From: Spirochaetia bacterium
GTDB taxonomy: Bacteria; Spirochaetota; Spirochaetia; UBA9216
Direction: 5' to 3'
DNA: 64,000 nt
Assembly (NCBI GenBank): GCA_963675665.1
Contig: OY776510.1
Location: forward strand, 2,112,001-2,176,000
Under the pieces are notes generated by a model, which worked only from the letters and a program-made list of their open reading frames with translations, had not been told where the DNA came from and made no database searches. Position numbers and translations under genes: made by a program. The first letter of the stretch is position 1; the number at the start of each line of letters is the position of its first letter. Of this stretch, positions 59,591-64,000 are shown piece by piece.

Positions 59591-60322
59591 ATGTTTTTGG
59601 AACTGAATAATGTTAGCAAGTCTTTCGGTAGTTTTAAAGCAGTCAACGATTTAAGTTTTTCTCTGGAGAAGGGTGAGATTTTTGGTATAGCAGGGCCTAA
59701 CGGCGCCGGGAAAACAACCCTGTTTAATACAATTACCGGTTTCTACAAGGGCGAGGGTGAGATTCTTTTCAAAGGAAAGAACATCAGCAATATGACTTCG
59801 AATGCTGTATGCCGGGAGGGGATTGCCAGGACCTTTCAAATGCCGTCTGTATTTCAGTCTATGTCCGTAAGCGAAAATATCCGTGTCGGTATACGTTTCG
59901 GTATTAAAGGAAAAAAATCTGAAGAGCGAATTCTTGATGATGTTCTTAAGTTTACCGGACTATTCGACAGAAAAGAAGAAATGCCCGACAGGCTTACCAT
60001 ATATGAAAAAAAACTTACCATGCTTGCTTCTGCGATAGCAACAGAGCCGGAAATCCTGCTTCTTGACGAACCTGCCGCAGGTTTAAGCCCCGTTGAAGCT
60101 GATGAGTTTATCAAGATGGCTATTAAAATAAACAGGGAAAGAGGAATATCAATAATAGTGATCGAACATCTTATGCGTGTTCTTGTTTCCATATCCAACA
60201 GGCTGATGATTCTCGACAACGGTTCAAGAATAGCGTTGGGAGATCCTCAGGATGTGATTAAGGATGAAAATGTAATTGAAATCTATCTGGGATCGAAAGG
60301 AAAAACGAATGCTAGAGGTTAA
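59591..60322 (+). CDS. livG: LIV-type ABC ATPase (LivG-like)
   Basis: GPNGAGKTT, GIARTFQ, LLDEPAAG, VIEH. Confidence 0.88.
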   Translation: MFLELNNVSKSFGSFKAVNDLSFSLEKGEIFGIAGPNGAGKTTLFNTITGFYKGEGEILFKGKNISNMTSNAVCREGIARTFQMPSVFQSMSVSENIRVGIRFGIKGKKSEERILDDVLKFTGLFDRKEEMPDRLTIYEKKLTMLASAIATEPEILLLDEPAAGLSPVEADEFIKMAIKINRERGISIIVIEHLMRVLVSISNRLMILDNGSRIALGDPQDVIKDENVIEIYLGSKGKTNARG

Positions 60323-61016
60323 GAATCTTTCAACTTTCTACGGAGAGTTTCAGGCCCTTCACGGGATCGATATCGAAGTCGGCGACGGATGCCTTGTAGC
60401 TATCTTCGGACCTAACGGTCACGGCAAAACCACCCTGATGAAAACAATTTGCGGTCTGATACAGCCTTCTGAAGGTGAAATTATCTATAAAGGTGAGAAT
60501 CTGGCTGATAAGGATGCGCCGTGGATAGTTGAAAACGGAATGGTTTATATCGCCGAAGATCGGCATCTGTTTCGTGAGATGAGTGTTCTGGAAAATCTTA
60601 AACTGGGCGCGTACAATAAAAATGCACGTTCACTGGAAAAACAGAACCTGGAATTTGTTTTTGATCTTTTTCCCAAATTAAAAATACTCTCTTCAAAACC
60701 CGCTTCTACATTGAGCGGAGGAGAGGCGAGAATGCTTGCAATCGGCCGCGGACTTATGTCTAATCCCGATTTTCTGGCGATTGATGAACCTTCCCTGGGC
60801 CTGGCCCCCAAATTGCGGAGTGAAGTTTTTGAGAAAATTAAAGAAATAAAAGATAACGGAAAAAACATTCTGATAGTAGAGCAGAGTACTTCCGAGATTT
60901 CCGATATTGCGGATTATATTTATCTGCTTGAGGACGGTCGGATAATTCATGAAGGGGCTTCTCTTGATGAGGTTAACGATGAACATTTCAAAAAAGTATA
61001 TCTTGGAATAAATTGA
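60309..61016 (+). CDS. livF: LIV-type ABC ATPase (LivF-like)
   Basis: GPNGHGKTT, LSGGE, DEPSLGLAP, VEQ. Confidence 0.88.
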   Translation: MLEVKNLSTFYGEFQALHGIDIEVGDGCLVAIFGPNGHGKTTLMKTICGLIQPSEGEIIYKGENLADKDAPWIVENGMVYIAEDRHLFREMSVLENLKLGAYNKNARSLEKQNLEFVFDLFPKLKILSSKPASTLSGGEARMLAIGRGLMSNPDFLAIDEPSLGLAPKLRSEVFEKIKEIKDNGKNILIVEQSTSEISDIADYIYLLEDGRIIHEGASLDEVNDEHFKKVYLGIN

Positions 61017-61031
61017 ATTGAGGTTATAATT

Positions 61032-61901
61032 ATGATGCAGTTATTAGAAGCTCTGATAAGCGGAGCTACCATCGGTTCTGTATATTTTATTATAGCGGTG
61101 GGTTTCTCGCTTATCTATGGTGTTTCCAGGGTACTTGTATATTCTTACGGTTCTTTCTTTACCTGGGGGGCTTATTTCGCCTGGATATTCGCAATCGGAG
61201 TACTTAAACTAAATTATTTTCTGGTATTTCTGTTTGTTATTCCGTTGATGGCCCTGATGGGATTCCTTCTCGAAAAAATAGTCATAAAACCGTTGCGTTC
61301 AAGACCGGCCTTTGACTGGAATGTGCTTCTTGCTACACTTGGTGTGGCTCTTGTTCTTGATAACCTTGCCCTTGTTGTATTTGGAGCAAGGACAAAATCG
61401 CTTCCGCTGATGATTGACGGCACTATTGCTTTGGGCGGTCTTGTGTTAAGCAGGCAACAGATATTTATGTTTCTGTTTTCAATTATTCTTGCGGTTGTTC
61501 TGAGTCTGGTTTTATCCAAAACACGTATTGGAATGGCAATGAGAGCCGTTGCGCAGGATTCGGAAGGCGCCAAAATAGTAGGAATTCCAATCGCCAGGGT
61601 TTTTGCATATACATTTGCCATATGCGCGGTTTTGGCAGGGCTTGGAGGAGTATTGCTTGCTCCCCGGTTTTATATAGAACCATTGGGGGGATGGGATTTT
61701 CTTCTGAAGGCTCTGATAATTGTAATAGTTGGAGGACTGGGCAGTATTAAGGGCACGTTTCTAGGGGCTTTTGTTCTTGGGATACTGGAGTCCCTGGTTG
61801 GCTGGCAGCTTGGCCTGCTCTGGGTTATGCCTTTCTGGTTTATCGTTCTCCTGGTTATTTTGCTTATTCGCCCGCAGGGCTTTTTCGGGAAAGAAATATG
61901 A
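61032..61901 (+). CDS. livH: LIV-type ABC permease (LivH-like)
   Basis: AVGFSLIYG, GMAMRAVAQD, VGGLGS, IRPQG. Confidence 0.88.
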   Translation: MMQLLEALISGATIGSVYFIIAVGFSLIYGVSRVLVYSYGSFFTWGAYFAWIFAIGVLKLNYFLVFLFVIPLMALMGFLLEKIVIKPLRSRPAFDWNVLLATLGVALVLDNLALVVFGARTKSLPLMIDGTIALGGLVLSRQQIFMFLFSIILAVVLSLVLSKTRIGMAMRAVAQDSEGAKIVGIPIARVFAYTFAICAVLAGLGGVLLAPRFYIEPLGGWDFLLKALIIVIVGGLGSIKGTFLGAFVLGILESLVGWQLGLLWVMPFWFIVLLVILLIRPQGFFGKEI

Positions 61902-62881
61902 GAAAGAATAAAAAACAATTTAACAGTTTAATAATAATGATCATCATAATTGGAATTCTGCCGGTCTTTCTGTTTCGAAACGGCTATGCCATGCATTTGC
62001 TGATTATGTCGCTTATCTGGGCGGTAGTTGCAGCCTCCTGGGATCTTGTCCTCGGCTATGCCGGAATCTTCAATTTGGGTCAGCTTGCGTTCTTTGCCAT
62101 CGGGGCATATGTATCCTCAATCTTGACAATAAATTTCGGAATGAGCCCGTGGGCAGGTTTGGTGATAGCCGGGATAGCAGCAGGCGGACTGGGAATACTT
62201 GTCGGGTTACCGTGTCTAAAATTAAAAGGAATATATATTGCGTTAATGACACTGGCGTTCTATGAAGTGGTGGGGCCGTTGATTATCGTCGGTCGTCCGA
62301 TCGGAACCGGAGGGAAAGGCGGTTTGTTTCCCGTTCCGGCATTCAGGATCGGCAACTATCTGTTTAATTCCAACGAGTTGGTTCCGTGGTTATATTTGAC
62401 CCTTATATTCTTCGGTGTTTTCATGTTTGCAATATATAAAATGATTAATTCTACGTTTGGTGTTGCATTCACAGCGCTTCGTGACAATGAAAATCTTGCA
62501 AAAGGATTGGGAATTAATAAATTTGTATATTCCCTGCTTCTGTCCGGAGCGGCATCGTTTATTACCGGTGTAATGGGTGCGTTCTATGCTCATTACGTTT
62601 CAATGATCTCTCCACGGATGCTCGGGCTTGATTCGTTTTTGTTTCTTTTAATTATGGTAATCCTGGGCGGGGCAGGCAATTTTCCCGGTGCAGCAATAGG
62701 CGCATTTGCGGTGACCTTCCTGAATGATGCGCTCCGCCCTCTGGATACATGGCGGCTGCTGGTTCTGGGTTTGCTGCTTGTGCTATTGATTATGAAATTC
62801 CCCAAGGGTATAATCGGTACGTTATTTGATTTATTTAACCGGATAATGAAAAAACTACCTTTTATAAAACAGGAAATGTAA
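61898..62881 (+). CDS. livM: LIV-type ABC permease (LivM-like)
   Basis: GYAG..NLGQ.AFF.IGAY, LKGIY.A..TL, ALRDNE, MVILGG. Confidence 0.88.
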   Translation: MRKNKKQFNSLIIMIIIIGILPVFLFRNGYAMHLLIMSLIWAVVAASWDLVLGYAGIFNLGQLAFFAIGAYVSSILTINFGMSPWAGLVIAGIAAGGLGILVGLPCLKLKGIYIALMTLAFYEVVGPLIIVGRPIGTGGKGGLFPVPAFRIGNYLFNSNELVPWLYLTLIFFGVFMFAIYKMINSTFGVAFTALRDNENLAKGLGINKFVYSLLLSGAASFITGVMGAFYAHYVSMISPRMLGLDSFLFLLIMVILGGAGNFPGAAIGAFAVTFLNDALRPLDTWRLLVLGLLLVLLIMKFPKGIIGTLFDLFNRIMKKLPFIKQEM

Positions 62882-62882
62882 A

Positions 62883-63362
62883 ATGGATATTGATAAACTG
62901 GATTCTGAGATAATAAAGCTTCTGCAAAAAGACGGCAGGATGACAAGCAAAGCAATGAGCAAGTTGCTGGATGTAACCGAAACCACTGTCAGGAATCGAC
63001 TATCAAGGCTGATTAAAGATAAAGTGATACAGATAGTGGCGGTTGCTGATCCTCATAGAATCGGGTTTAATCTGGTTGGAAGTTTTAAAATTATTGCGGA
63101 TCCCAAAAAGGTCAATCATGTTTTAAGCGAATTGAAAAAGATCAAGGAAATCTGGTATGTTGCCAAAGCTACCGGCAGTAATGATATTGATACGGAATTT
63201 AATATAGAATCAATGGAAATGCTGAACGATTTGATTTACAACAAGCTTGTCCAGATTGACGGTATTGTGAAGACGGAAACTTCGATAATACTGGGATATG
63301 AGAAACGAAGCTATGAATGGGGTACCGGTTACAAGTCCGAGAAAAAGAAAATAATTAATTAA
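62883..63362 (+). CDS. Lrp/AsnC family regulator
   Basis: IDKLD.EII..LQKDGR...VTETTVRNR, RAM domain TG..D. Confidence 0.93.
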   Translation: MDIDKLDSEIIKLLQKDGRMTSKAMSKLLDVTETTVRNRLSRLIKDKVIQIVAVADPHRIGFNLVGSFKIIADPKKVNHVLSELKKIKEIWYVAKATGSNDIDTEFNIESMEMLNDLIYNKLVQIDGIVKTETSIILGYEKRSYEWGTGYKSEKKKIIN

Positions 63363-63415
63363 ATTTGTTAAACAAAAAATAAACGGCAAATAATTTTGAT
63401 AAAGGGCAATATATT

Positions 63416-63444
63416 TTGACATATATGCCCTTTTGTGTTAATAT
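63416..63444 (+). promoter_or_regulatory. sigma70 promoter with the -35 inside an inverted repeat
   Basis: TTGACA-17-TAATAT; AAAGGGCA...TGCCCTTT brackets the -35. Confidence 0.55.
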
Positions 63445-63499
63445 TAACCACCTGTCAAAAATCGGAGTCATGTCTTAGTTTTATTTCGAGGAGATGGCT

Positions 63500-64000
63500 A
63501 TGAAAATCGCTGTGCTTGGGGGAACCGGATTAATGGCTTCCGGTACAATCCGTGATCTGATCTCTGAACAGTCTGACGGTATTGAAAAAGTATATGTAGC
63601 GGATATTGATGAAGTTAAGATAAGTAATTTTATTAAAGAATTAAATGATGACAGGCTTGAAGGTAAGAAAATTGATGTCAAGGATGAGTCATCCGTACTT
63701 AAACTGCTGGAAAAAGCTGATCTGTGTATTAATGGTGTTCCGACTTTTGCCGGGTACCAGATGGATATTTTTAATTACTGTTTTAAGGCGGGTTGTCATT
63801 ATGTAGATTTCGGCGGAATGGGCGTATATACGGTAAAACAGAAGGCTGAGCATGATAAATGGGCTAATGCCGGTCTTGTTGCTGTTCTGGGTTTGGGCGC
63901 TGACCCCGGCATGTCAAACATGACATGCAAGGCGGTAGCTGAAGAGCTGGAGACAATCGAGAGTATCAACCTTTACTGGGCTGCGACTATTAAAGGTGAG
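63500..64000 (+). CDS. saccharopine dehydrogenase / lysine 6-dehydrogenase family protein (runs off window end)
   Basis: Not in the ORF track. Hand translation gives MKIAVLGGTGLMA...VADID...HYVDFGG...GLGADPGMSN; SD GAGGAG. Confidence 0.85.
   Translation, partial: MKIAVLGGTGLMASGTIRDLISEQSDGIEKVYVADIDEVKISNFIKELNDDRLEGKKIDVKDESSVLKLLEKADLCINGVPTFAGYQMDIFNYCFKAGCHYVDFGGMGVYTVKQKAEHDKWANAGLVAVLGLGADPGMSNMTCKAVAEELETIESINLYWAATIKGE

Noticed and set aside
822-63681. Numerous short antisense or overlapping ORFs in the track
   Set aside because: They lie opposite or within well-supported genes and have no SD or recognisable motifs.

Overview
64 kb of bacterial chromosome, probably from a free-living anaerobic spirochaete. 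This is inferred from binding proteins with 'FAGGxxE/FANGxxE' N-termini, spirochaete-type MCPs and the overall gene content. The window is packed with metabolic and signalling genes, and I found no tRNA, rRNA, transposase or cas genes. Left to right it holds: (1) a sigma54-driven operon with an AllA-like cupin, a ribose-type ABC transporter and dhaKL, followed by a PocR-PAS kinase and NtrC-type regulator; (2) a Na+/solute symporter with a coupled small membrane peptide, an MCP and a thioesterase; (3) a SorE-like reductase; (4) a Vor-type 2-oxoacid:ferredoxin oxidoreductase cluster; (5) a lipocalin and a Cache kinase/HD-GYP pair; (6) a 4x72-bp palindromic tandem array; (7) a DeoR operon joining an E2/E3/fused-E1 lipoyl dehydrogenase complex to PHP, SrlD-like and rhamnulokinase-like genes; (8) a degenerate HisKA_2 kinase, EamA, MCP-CheW, MFS, AraC and SDR genes; (9) a CstA, two small proteins and an ArsA/Get3 ATPase; (10) an orphan HTH-fused N6-adenine methyltransferase; (11) a LacI/alpha-glucoside ABC/sucrose phosphorylase operon; (12) an aldehyde dehydrogenase, LIV-type ABC, Lrp and saccharopine-dehydrogenase-family cluster. 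The most notable signals are a dispersed, covarying multi-hairpin element whose UCC-loop hairpin sits about 25 nt upstream of start codons, and a DeoR regulon, linked by phased GAAAG operators, that suggests an undescribed ketose pathway coupled to a ThDP/lipoyl complex. All product calls come from motif recognition only; no database searches were run.
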